Shown here: positions 21,504 to 31,794 of the stretch, one piece after another
How positions within the stretch are numbered: position 1 is the stretch's first letter
Layout of the letters: the number at the start of each line of letters is the position of its first letter
Assembly: GCF_902713615.1 (NCBI RefSeq)
Contig: NW_024055480.1
Location: 62,001-97,386, forward strand
Length of the DNA stretch: 35,386 nt
Origin: Scyliorhinus canicula
Taxonomy: Eukaryota
Direction: 5' to 3'
Made by a program: the position numbers and the translations under genes
Notes under the pieces: generated by a model
Told to the model about the DNA's origin: nothing
The model's database searches: none
The model's input: the letters and a program-made list of their open reading frames with translations, nothing else

Positions 21504-21576
21504 CGAGCCAGCCAGGAGTCGAACCTGGAATCTCCTAATTCGTAGTCAGATGCGGTATCCATTGCGCCACTGGCCC
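21504..21576 (-). tRNA. tRNA-Arg(ACG), diverged (possibly a pseudogene)
   Basis: 73 nt with about 5 substitutions from the canonical sequence as recalled. A and B boxes are intact and the anticodon stem can still pair using G-U. Confidence 0.85.
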
Positions 21577-21670
21577 ACAGCAGTTCCAAACTCGTGCTAT
21601 TCCTCGATGAGGAAGATCAGTTACGAGATTGAGGGAATATTCAGCAACAGACTAAACTGGAAGCACCAGA

Positions 21671-21746
21671 TGTTTCTGCCCGGTTCCGAACCGGGGACCA
21701 TTCGGTGTTGTAAAGCGAATGATGGTAACCACTACACCACAGAAAC
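21671..21746 (-). pseudogene. tRNA-Val pseudogene (anticodon TAC or AAC; ambiguous because of an insertion)
   Basis: Reverse complement GTTTCTGTGGTGTAGTGGTTACCATCATTCGCTTTACAACACCGAATGGTCCCCGGTTCGGAACCGGGCAGAAACA. Confidence 0.8.
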
Positions 21747-23239
21747 AGCTTTGCATGGTTCAGCTTGCTGAGAGGCCATGTCACTTCTTAAAAGAACATG
21801 TCTGTTTCTTTAAAACAGATTTTAAACTTACAAGCCGAAGAAGAACTTATATTGAACTGAAAGAATTTGTTCAGCAAATCTCTAACGGCGAAATGCTCTC
21901 TTCTATTATTATGCAGCATTCTGAAATCCTACAGAACAAAGCAACCGACTTTACACAATATTGTTTCGTTATTCAATGCTTGAGTAGAGTTTCAGAATTG
22001 ACAATTATGTGTTTCTTATATTTGACCTCTTTGTGTTTGGTGTGTAACATGCTGCAGCCTAAATACCGTTCATGTAGAAGAAAGGAGGGGTAATTGTAAA
22101 TCAACTTTGAGCCTGGATTCCCACACTGGCTTTTCCTGTTTATCCATCAGGAAGACCGTTTTCTCTATCTCAAAGTTGGTTCAGTTAAGTCTCTGGCATT
22201 TCCTCTAAGCCAGTTACAGTATCGTTTGTGTCTGTCCTTTTGAGTACCTCCCAACACACACACATGGAAAACCCGAGGAGATGGACCATCCGAGCCTCCC
22301 TCGAAAACTCAATGGGGGAACAGGACATCTACACACCCCCCCCCCACACCCGTTCCCCACTTCGCCGTTCAAAATGAGCGTAAATATAAAGTTAAAAGTT
22401 CTGACTTTGATTGTAAATATAAATGTACAAAGGGAATGTGAGCACAGAAACTGGTTCACAGTGAAGTGACGACCTGTTTACAGATGTTTATGACGTTGCT
22501 GTTGCTTTGTTTCTTCTTTTGTATTCTACCAATGGCTCTGTCCCATGTTGTGCATACATTTTGTTACTAAATGTTAAAAATCCCAATGAAAGTGTTTGTG
22601 AAAAAGAGTCAATCACATTGCTGTGGATCTGCAGTCTCCTGTAGAACTGTATTTTTTACAATAACAAACCTGAATGATTTAAATTCCAACACCCGCCATG
22701 TGAGATTCAAACAAGGATTTCTGATTTATTTACCCAGTGATAATGCCACGAGGTCACCACCTCCCCACTGAGAGCCTCGAGTTCCAAAATAACAATTTTC
22801 ACTGAAACATACGCTCATTTTGCAGAGTCCACCGTCAACATCCCCGAGAATGTGCTGCCCGACTGGCAGAAACTGACTCAGAGGTGGCGGTTAAAATGGT
22901 TTCCTGTCGGGCGTTTGTCGAGTGCTGCTGGGAAGGGGTAAACTGCTTTGGCAGGAGGGTGGGAACTGATTGGTAAATTCAGATGTGGAATAATCAAGAA
23001 TGGGCCTGAAAGGCGGAAAATCATTGGGTGCGTCTGGACAACAAAGGAATCCATTGATAGAAAATAAAAAGGAGGATTTGACTAGTGGCAATGGGGATAT
23101 GATTCAATATGGTGAGCACACTAAACAAAATAGGCCAGTTTAGGGCACCGATAAGAGTATGAATTAATAGTTACTGCAGAAACAGATAGAGAGGGACCGA
23201 ATGGCAGTTCAATATTCCTCCTGTCAGGGTTTTCAGACA

Positions 23240-23460
23240 GAGATAGACAGGGTATAAAAGGGTGGGGTGGCTAAATGGGTTAGATAATCAATTATAGAAA
23301 TGACAAGGGATGATATGCTTGGAAGATGACCAATTGACGACACACCGATTGAGTGTAGGGCCAATAAAGGCGCTCTCATGCTACTGGGAGTGCATTACAG
23401 ACCCTCAAACAGTCAGAAGGAGATCGAATGGTAAATATTCAGGTAAATCTTTAAAAAGTG
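23240..23460 (+). mobile_element. Old CR1 endonuclease fragment
   Basis: Degenerate LLGVHYRPSNSQKEIE-like translation. Confidence 0.45.
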
Positions 23461-23587
23461 CGGTAAGCAATGAGGAAACAATCATTTCCGAGATCCATTT
23501 GACGCCTTGGATGACGTGACTCGTCGCACAAACACCATGTTGTCTCTCCGATACCGAGTGCAGTGAACAGAAAAACATGGTGAGCGA

Positions 23588-23603
23588 GCTCCATCTGGTG
23601 GCG
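23588..23603 (-). promoter_or_regulatory. CTCF-like motif (CGCCACCAGATGGAGC on the minus strand)
   Basis: Close match to the CCASYAGRKGGCRS consensus. CRE-like TGACGTGA at 23512-23519. Motif match only. Confidence 0.5.
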
Positions 23604-24019
23604 ATCTGAGGTATATGGCGCTTTCCTGGAAAATTATCGAATTCTCAAATTACTGAAGGATGTTGATGAATAATGACGTAACATTATTTTTGGTTCATAT
23701 TTTTATTATTGCAATTTATTTCAATGATTATAAAGTTATACATGGAGCTAATTCCAACTTTGCTTTAAATCCTGCCGCATACCGTTGTTTAGTGTGATAT
23801 CTCAGTCACATTGTTTAAGGAAGCTGGTTTAAACAATATGAAATCACGGAGATCACGATGAGATCCTGACTCTAAAATACCAATACATCGAAAATATGTT
23901 AATATGACCATAATTCACACAAATATCCTGTATTATTTTGGGATCTAAATGTAACTGATGCCATGTTTATCCTAATCCTGAGCTGTGGATATTATATTTT
24001 ACCTGCTTTCAGCTGCTCC

Positions 24020-24796
24020 TGTGAATTGCGCTTTCACGTATCTGATCGTCAGTCCAGAAGTAAAACACTCGAACACGTCAGTAACGAATATTCGTTTATT
24101 TACGGCCGGGACAAATCTCTAAGCAGTCGGGTAACTACCTTCGAGAAGTGCCAAAGTCCAAAATATGGACTGTCTCTTTATACAATCACAGCTTAGAGGT
24201 GGTCCCTTTAAATTCCTAGATACACCTATGATTTGGCAAGGATCCAGAACATGTACATATATGGAATTATTCTTCGAGGTCGGGAGGTTATTTTTGACAT
24301 AATCATTAGCACAAGTCACTATTAATGCTGTTCACAAAGGTCTTTCTGATCCCATGGCCATATGGCTTATCTCATTCCAAGGCCCTTCCTTTAACATTTC
24401 AATGTTTATTTGTTCCAACTGGTCAAACAAGCTTAATTATGTTATCTCTGCAATAAAGTAACGGTTCCCATCATTCCATTCTTTGCCTTTTTGACCTCTC
24501 TGCTTTTACAGATACGGGTCAGAACATTAATTAGTACCAAAGTCACTCCCTATATTCCATCCCATAACCTTCTGACATCTTTGCTTTTACAGATACGGTC
24601 AGAACATTAATTAGTACCAATGCCACACTCCCTATATTCCATCCCATAACCTTCTGACATCTTTGCTTTTACAGATGCCGGTCAGACACACTCCCTTTAT
24701 TTCATCCCTTGACCTGTTGACATCTCTTTCACAGAGCTTTTCAGAACTGTTATATTAACCCTATCAGCGAAGTTCCAAATGAAATCCACTTCTACA
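24020..24796 (-). repeat. ERV 3' LTR
   Basis: Near-identical to 30074-30850. Minus-strand TATAAA at 24182-24177 and AATAAA at 24090-24085. U3 tandem repeats at ~24502-24729. Confidence 0.96.
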
Positions 24797-24810
24797 TTCC
24801 CCCCTTTGAT
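24797..24810 (-). other. Polypurine tract
   Basis: Minus strand ATCAAAGGGGGGAA immediately precedes the TG of the 3' LTR. Confidence 0.9.
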
Positions 24811-24841
24811 CATTCCTTGATCACATAACACTCAGGATACT

Positions 24842-25716
24842 TTAGATGGAAATGAGAGCGAGGCGGAGGTACTCCTCCTCTACTAGGCTCCGGCAGGATG
24901 CCACTTCCTCATATAGGTCAGGGGTAGGTGGAACCAGTGTTTCTTTTTCGTCTAGGGCGGATCTCTGAAGCATCTGTGGTAATGCAGTGGCACCCAAACG
25001 GTTGCATAGGCATTTCACACCAGTAGCTATGATACAGAGCAACAAACAGATGGTAACGAAGATAATGAGCCCATGGAATAGGTAAGTGGCCCAAGAATTG
25101 GACCACATCCAGCTCCACCAGTCAGCCTGACCGGCGAGTCGCAAGCGCTGTACCATCTCTGATATGGGTTACCAGACGCGTGATATTCTCTGAACTGTCT
25201 GGAATATAACCCATGCAGCCGTCTGTTCGATCGAGAAAGGAACAGATATCAAGGGAACGCCTCCATGGGCATGGGTCGGGACCTGTGTACATACCCAGCA
25301 AGAGGAGACACCCACTTTCTTAGCATAGACATAGGACATAAACAGAAAAGAATTGCCGTTACATGGTGCGTTGCCCGCTTCCTTCTGGAAGGCGAGTAGG
25401 GGTGAGTAGTCCTTGATGGTAAAATTTGTACCCTGTCCTTATCAATGCACCGGTGGTTCCACCGGCATGTGCGGCGATCGTAGATCAGAACCATGTACGT
25501 AGTCAGGAATCGGGGCTTCTGGTCGTCGGGATGAACGGTGGTCGGGCAGGTGTTGATAGGGGTGGTGATCCATCGGAGACCTGTCGTTGTTCCACATCGT
25601 GGGGTTCCTTCTCGGCACAGGGGTGGACGTCGGCTTCCATACGGGCATCTCCTTCTTCCGGATGCAGCGAGAGAGAGCAGGGTGGCGAGTATTGTGACGG
25701 TGAAGAGGGACTTCAT
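24842..25716 (-). pseudogene. env: env remnant: signal peptide + N-terminal domain + SU start (CWVC), large internal deletion, then TM C-terminus
   Basis: Hydrophobic signal MKSLFTVTILATLLSLAASG; RRKR; shifted-frame NSFLFMSYVYAKKVGVSSCWVC; then YIPDSSENIT, W-rich WWSWMWSNSW, a transmembrane helix and a YEEV tail. Confidence 0.85.
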
Positions 25717-25760
25717 CCTGGTACTCGTGTTCCTAGGACTTAAAGGAAAAGTTTAGAACA

Positions 25761-27915
25761 TCATGGATACTTAATTAACTTACAATGGTGCATATGTACC
25801 CATGCGTTCCGGCCCTCCACTTTTACTGCAGTGGGGGTAGTGAGTAGAACCTGTAGGGGACCCTCCCATCGAGGTTCCAAACCTTTACGTGTCCAATTTC
25901 GAATTAGGACATAATCCCCAGGGTTGATGGAGACGTCATGAGTAATGGATGGGACTTCTTCCTGGGTGGCACGAACTCGGGAGTGTAACCCTTTCAAAAT
26001 TCTAGTTAGTGTTAATATATAATTAGCCATCTCGGTAGTCATGTAATGGAATTGAACATTCCGTGGAACACTGCTGTCCCAAGGCGTTCGAAAGGGTCTG
26101 CCATATAGTATTTCCGCTGGGCTTAGGCGAGTTTTTCCTGCGGGGGTGACACGTAGCTGGAAGAGTGCTAAAGGCAGGAGTTTGAGCCAAGTGGCCCAGT
26201 GTCTGCTTGTAGTTTAGCGAGTTTAGTCTTTAGAGTCTGATTAGCCCTTTCCACCACTCCAGCGGCTTGTGGTCTGTAGGCACAATGAAACTTGCTTTAT
26301 TCCTAGCAGAGCACAGAATTCCTTATTGATTTGACCTATGAAGTGGGGACCATTGTCAGAGCTCATCCAAATCGCGGAACAATTTCTCGCATTAACACCT
26401 TAACTACTGTCGAGGCCTTGTTATCCGTAGTCGGGTAGGCCTCGATCCATTTGCTAAAAGTGTCCACAATGACTAACACATATTATAGCATTGACATCTT
26501 TCCAACTCAATGTAATCCATTTGCAGGGTCTCAAATGGACCCTCAGGTAAGGGGGTTGTGCCAGGATCACAGGGGACGGCCTTACCGGGGTTGTGCTGTT
26601 GACAGATTAGGCACCGACTGCTAATTTGTTGGGCCATTTCTTGCAGTCGTGGGTGCCACCAGCTTTTTAACAATATGTCCCCTGTGGCACGAGCTCCACA
26701 GTGAGTTGCAAAGTGCACACATTCGGTCACCCAGGCTGCTAATGCATCGGTCATACATGTTTGTCCTACCGGGGTGACCCACAGCTTATTTTCGATATCA
26801 TAATACATCCTAAGTTTTTCCACATATTTACAGCAGTTGCAGGAGCGTCCTCCTGCATTTGGATTATGTCAGCAATGGTTGGCATAGGTTTTTCAGAGGG
26901 GGACTTTCCCGAGGGGGTTTTAGTCTGCCTCATCATTCTAGGCACCATTAGTTTGCAGATTTAGAAATTTCTTTTGCCTTCTCGTCCGCTCTCCTGTTGC
27001 CCGTTTCCACCAGTCCTGTGCCTTTTGTATGCGCTGCGCATTTTATCACCGCTATCTTGTCTGGGAGCATAAGGGCCTGCAATAACTGGGTTACTAACTG
27101 CTGGTGTGAGATGGGTGTACCAGCGGAGGTTAGAAATCCTCTGTTTTTCCATAATTGCCCGAAATCATGTACTACCCAAAGGCGTATCGGGAATCTGTAT
27201 AAATATTAACCTTCCTCCCCTGTGCCAATATGCATGCTCGTATTAACGCAAACAATTCTGCCTGTTGGGCAGAAAAGGGAACTTCAAATGCTGCTGCTTC
27301 TACTACGTCACCGTCTTGATCGATGATTGCATAGCCAGATTGTCTATCCCCCCTTTCGCCGACGGAAGAACTTCCATCGGTGAAAAAGGAACAATCCGCA
27401 CTTGGGAGGGGTATATCGGAGAGGTCGTCTCGAACCGAGGAGACTTCTTGCAACAGTTGCAGACAGTCATGAGTTGGGTCGAGCATGTCTGTGGGAGGAT
27501 GCGTCAAAAAGTTAGCAGGGTTGATAGTGGTGCAGTGGGCAAACTGGACCTTTGGGTTATGAAGGAGAGCAATCTCATATCTATTCTGACGAGCCATCGT
27601 GAGATGCTGAGTCTGTAGCTGTCCCAAAAGGGCCGTAACAGAATGGGAAATAGACAGTGATATCTTGTTGGAGGGTAATATTAGCAGCCGATTGCAGGCT
27701 GTTGTAGATAGCTGCAAGAATTTGGGTACAGATAGGATAGCCAAGGGCTACCGGATCGAGTTTAGAGGAGTAGTATGCAACCGGGCGACAGCGGTCGCCG
27801 TGGCGTTGGGTCAGGACAGCTGTGGCGCAGTCGGCAAGGACTGTGCAATAGAGCTGAAAAGGGCGATCATATAAGGGTCGACCAAGGGCAGGGGCCTGGA
27901 GGAGTGCCTCCTTGA
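25761..27915 (-). pseudogene. pol: pol remnant: RT connection domain, RNase H, integrase (frameshifted); protease and RT palm absent
   Basis: FTDGSS..SAQQAEL..NIYTDSRYAFG (RNase H); HFATH..CLICQQHN (integrase HHCC); QMDYIEL and DNGPHF (core); PGDYVLIR..EPRWEGP (C-terminus). Confidence 0.93.
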
Positions 27916-28066
27916 GGCGGTTCTGCTAGTGACTGTTTGTGCTCTGCGGGCACTAGGACCCTGCGGAGCCATGCAGTGTCAATTTCAACGCAGCAGTTTC
28001 GAAACTGCCCAGCACAAATTCTTTATCTGTTTATTCTGAGACCATGGTAGTTCTGAACATACTGAG

Positions 28067-28340
28067 TTACTCATAATACTGATCACATTCCAGGGGCGGT
28101 GGCGGAGGTGGCTGGGGGCTGTGGAGGCTGTGGGGGCTGTGGGGGCTTTTGACGTCCCCCGCAATTGAACAGATGTTCCTCATCCCAGTCCCCCTCCTCC
28201 CAACCTTGCTGCGCATTGCTGACCGGCGCCAGGGTAGGATTAGCATTCTTACGTTTCTATATTCTTTACATTCCCTTTTGAAGACCTCTACTGTTTTAAC
28301 AATTCCCCCTTTGGTGAGGCCAATACCCAATTTTGAGGCA
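28067..28340 (-). pseudogene. Probable gag N-terminal (matrix/proline-rich) remnant
   Basis: Lies 5' of pol and is proline-rich (PQPPPPPPLE). No capsid or nucleocapsid motif is seen. Confidence 0.45.
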
Positions 28341-29192
28341 TTGCCTGCCAGCTAGCCAGTTTAGATGCATCTTTCACTGACTGACAGTATTCCCTCCACA
28401 AGGCAATTAATTTCTTTGCGGTGGGTTCTTGATAATACAGAAAAATGTGTCATTTGAAACATGAAAGCCTGGCAATATCTGGTTTGAGAGGGTACAGGGA
28501 AAGATCGCACAAAAGGTTAATAGCAGCTGCAGAGAGCAGGGTTACAAAATGCAGATTCTTGCGCACAAGCAGGTTTCAGCAGAAACAATGGCTCACACCT
28601 TCATGGACTGTAACTATCTCAGAAAGCATCTGAAAAAGCATGGATGAGAGTTTCAATTGCATTAAGTGACGAATGTTTAAAACAGGCAAGTCTTTCAAGT
28701 CACAACCAAGTTAAATTTTAGCATACAGCTAAGAGCAAAGTTTCACACCTTAATTGAAATAAACTCTCTTAGTAAACAGCTGGAAAGAATGGAAGATGCT
28801 CAGTCGAATTTAGTGTCAATTTAAGGGGTAAAATTCTACAAACATCAAGTTAATTAAAAGAAAATTGGAGATGACCTGGCTACGAGAAACATCATTTAAG
28901 TCAAAATCAAAGGCAAAGTTATGAACTGGGGACAATTGGAAAATTAAACGATTTGAAATCACAGAAATAAAAGTTAACTATTGAAACAAAGCATTTTTTA
29001 AATCAAATCTGAGAGGAGACGATATTCCTGAAATGAATAATTAGTTGTAGTAAGATGTTTACATCAAAGATACTTTTAAACTATCAAAGTGAAACAAGCC
29101 CATATACAATACAGTCGTTAAAACTTAATAACTCTTCGAAAGAGAATATAAACCCAGGGAGCAGAAGTAGCAGCACTCTGCAACAGCAACAG

Positions 29193-29220
<28 letters not shown>
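29193..29220. repeat. (GA)n microsatellite in the ERV leader
   Basis: About 14 GA units. Confidence 0.95.
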
Positions 29221-29223
<3 letters not shown>

Positions 29224-29411
29224 CCTGCTGGAGAAAGACAAGGAAAGCAGCCGAGTTTAAACAGCTAATACAACTCAAGAAGACAGATTTAAGTGGTTAT
29301 TAGCTTACTTCACTTCCTTAATAACACAGGACCCAGGACACCAATGCTATTAAGGGGTAAGTAGGTAAAATTCTTCGGTGAAGGTATGGGTTATACCGGG
29401 GGATAGGCTCC

Positions 29412-29817
29412 GAGAACCCCGCCCGTAACTTCCAGAGAACGCTGCCTGGAATCACGGCGGCAGTCCCGTCCGGAGCCCACAGCCCGTTAACCGTCCCCTA
29501 GCAATCCTGAGAACCCCGCCCGTAACTCCAGCGAACGCTGCCTGGAATCACAGCGGCTCCTCAGGCTGCCTCTAACAGTCCTGGCAACCCCGCCCGTAAC
29601 TCCAGCGAACGCTGCCTGGAATCACGGCGGCAGTCCCAGGCTGCCGAAAAGCCCGTTAACCGTCCCCTAGCAATCCTGAGAACCCCGCCCGTAACTCCAG
29701 CGAACGCTGCCTGGAATCACGGCGGCTCCTCAGGCTGCCCCCAGCAGTCCTGGCAACCCCGCCCGTAACTCCAGCGAACGCTGCCTGGAATCACGGCGGC
29801 AGCCCAGGCTGCCCCTA
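29412..29817. repeat. Five-copy tandem repeat in the ERV 5' leader
   Basis: Core AACCCCGCCCGTAACTCCAGCGAACGCTGCCTGGAATCACGGCGG at ~29415, 29512, 29586, 29681 and 29756. Confidence 0.92.
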
Positions 29818-30053
29818 GAGACGATAACCACAGGGTTCACTCACTTACCCTCTTTAAAACGGGTTCGCTGGACTGACCTGGATCTCGCAGAGGCTTCTCG
29901 ACAAACCAACGGCAAGGCTGAGCAACGATCAAACTAGTAGTAGGCGAATACCAGGTGGAAAAGAAATTTTTACTCACGTTGGGGGCCAAATTCGTCCTCT
30001 ACTTTGAACGCTCAGTCAATTACGCCGGTTAGTTGCGCAGACCCCTCTGGAGA

Positions 30054-30071
30054 TCCCCGTACGGGCCACCA
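30054..30071 (-). other. Primer-binding site complementary to tRNA-Ile(AAT)
   Basis: Minus strand TGGTGGCCCGTACGGGGA, 2 nt after the LTR CA, is complementary to the tRNA-Ile 3' end ..TCCCCGTACGGGCCACCA. Confidence 0.92.
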
Positions 30072-30073
30072 AA

Positions 30074-30850
30074 TGTGAATTGCGCTTTCACGTATCTGAT
30101 CGTCAGTCCAGAAGTAAAACACTCGAACACGTCAGTAACGAATATTCGTTTATTTATGGCCGGGACAAATCTCTAAGCAGTCGGGTAACTACCTTCGAGA
30201 AGTGCCAAAGTCCAAAATATGGACTGTCTCTTTATACAATCACAGCTTAGAGGTGGCCCTTTAAATTCCTAGATACACCTATGATTTGGCAAGGATCCAG
30301 AACATGTACATATATGGAATTATTCTTCGAGGTCGGGAGGTTATTTTTGACATAATCATTAGCACAAGTCACTATTAATGCTGTTCACAAAGGTCTTTCT
30401 TATCCCATGGCCATATGGCTTATCTCATTCCAAGGCCCTTCCTTTAACATTTCAATGTTTATTTGTTCCAACTGGTCAAACGAGCTTAATTATGTTATCT
30501 CTGCAATAAAGTAACGGTTCCCATTCATTCCATCTTTGCCTTTTGACCTCTCTGCTTTTACAGATACGGGTCAGAACATTAATTAGTACCAAAGTCACAC
30601 TCCCTATATTCCATCCCATAACCTTCTGACATCTTTGCTTTTACAGATACGGTCAGAACATTAATTAGTACCAATGCCACACTCCCTATATTCCATCCCA
30701 TAACCATCTGACATCTTTGCTTTTACAGATGCCGGTCAGACACACTCCCTTTATTTCATCCCTTGACCTGTTGACATCTCTTTCACAGAGCTTTTCAGAA
30801 CTGTTATATTAACCCTATCAGCGAAGTTCCAAATGAAATCCACTTTTACA
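30074..30850 (-). repeat. ERV 5' LTR
   Basis: By eye it differs from the 3' LTR by about 5 substitutions and about 5 small indels. Confidence 0.96.
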
Positions 30851-31283
30851 CTCCTATTAACTGAACACTTTGATGAACTCCTTGAAATGAGGAAGTTGGA
30901 CGAATTGGGTTTTCTACAGTCTGAACTTCAAGGAAAAGGGAAGAAAGAGGCAGAGGAAGTGTGTGAGAGGGTCAGAAACAGAGGAAGGGGAAACAGATGT
31001 ATAGAGACCGAGCGATAGGGCGGGCAGACCTTGAGACAAAGACAGAGATGGAGGGACAGAGAAAGACAGGGAGAAGGAGAGAATCAGAAGATATTATTCG
31101 TCCAGGACTAACACTGATTGGCGCCCCAACTGTCATCAGGGTCGACAGATCAGCCAATCATGTCGCTGGGAAACGCCCCTCAGTCTCCCAGTCAGTGAAG
31201 ATTCTCCTGATCTGAATTTCTGCTTTAATACCAGAACATATTTCAAATCGGATTTATTTCTGCCGAACTCTAATCCAGACACC

Positions 31284-31715
31284 ATGTGTTCCCCATGTTG
31301 GTTACTGATAATAATGGCCATGCTTCCCGGTGAGTCGATGTTTAAATGTTCACCATGTGTTCTGTGTGTTATTCACTCCCAGATATTGAATACATTTTGT
31401 GTTTTGTTCCAGGAACAAATGGTGAAGATTCAGTGTCCCAGGATCGATCTGAGATAACGGTTCTGGAAGGACAGACATTAACCTGGACTGTAGATACTCG
31501 ACAGCTGTTTTTGATACTCTGTTCTGGTACATTCAGTATCGCGGGGATCCTCCGAGGAATGTAATGAAAATATATAGCACGGGCAGTTCAGATAAGTCTC
31601 CATATTTCCCAGCCAGGTTCTCGGCTGTTTTACACAAAGAAAACCAAACGGTTCCTTTAAATATCGCCGGAGCTGATCTCTCCGACAGTGCCGTATATTT
31701 CTGCGCCATGGAGCC
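31284..31715 (+). CDS. T-cell receptor alpha/delta-type V segment 1 (leader 31284-31329, V exon 31413-31715); 1-nt frameshift at 31482-31483
   Basis: Leader MCSPCWLLIIMAMLP + GTGAGT donor, phase-1 intron ending TTCCAG. Adding one C gives EDSVSQDRSEITVLEGQTLTLDCRYS..LFWYIQYRG..RFS..DSAVYFCAMEP, with the conserved V-domain Cys, Trp and Cys. An RSS follows. Confidence 0.9.
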
Positions 31716-31755
31716 CACACTGCTGCAGAGTTATAGCGGGTTCCGTACATGAACT
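31716..31755 (+). promoter_or_regulatory. 23-type recombination signal sequence of V1 (non-consensus)
   Basis: Heptamer CACACTG at 31716-31722, 24-nt spacer, nonamer ACATGAACT at 31747-31755. Confidence 0.8.
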
Positions 31756-31778
31756 CGCACTGGGAGTTCCAGTTACTT

Positions 31779-31794
31779 CGCAGCAGAGGGCGCT
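31779..31794 (+). promoter_or_regulatory. CTCF-like motif just 3' of the V1 RSS
   Basis: CGCAGCAGAGGGCGCT is a strong match to the CTCF core. Motif match only. Confidence 0.6.

Larger units (their letters stand above)
24020..30850 (-). mobile_element. Endogenous retrovirus, class I (gamma/epsilon-like), internally deleted provirus
   Basis: Two 777-bp TG..CA LTRs; 4-bp TSD CTCC (24016-24019, 30851-30854); PBS and PPT; gag remnant, RNase H, integrase and env remnants in order on the minus strand. Confidence 0.96.

Noticed and set aside
4205-22465. Isolated CACAGTG/CACTGTG heptamers as cryptic RSS or D/J segments
   Set aside because: The ones I checked lie in repeats or lack a nonamer at 12 or 23 nt. 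No FGxG J motif was seen.
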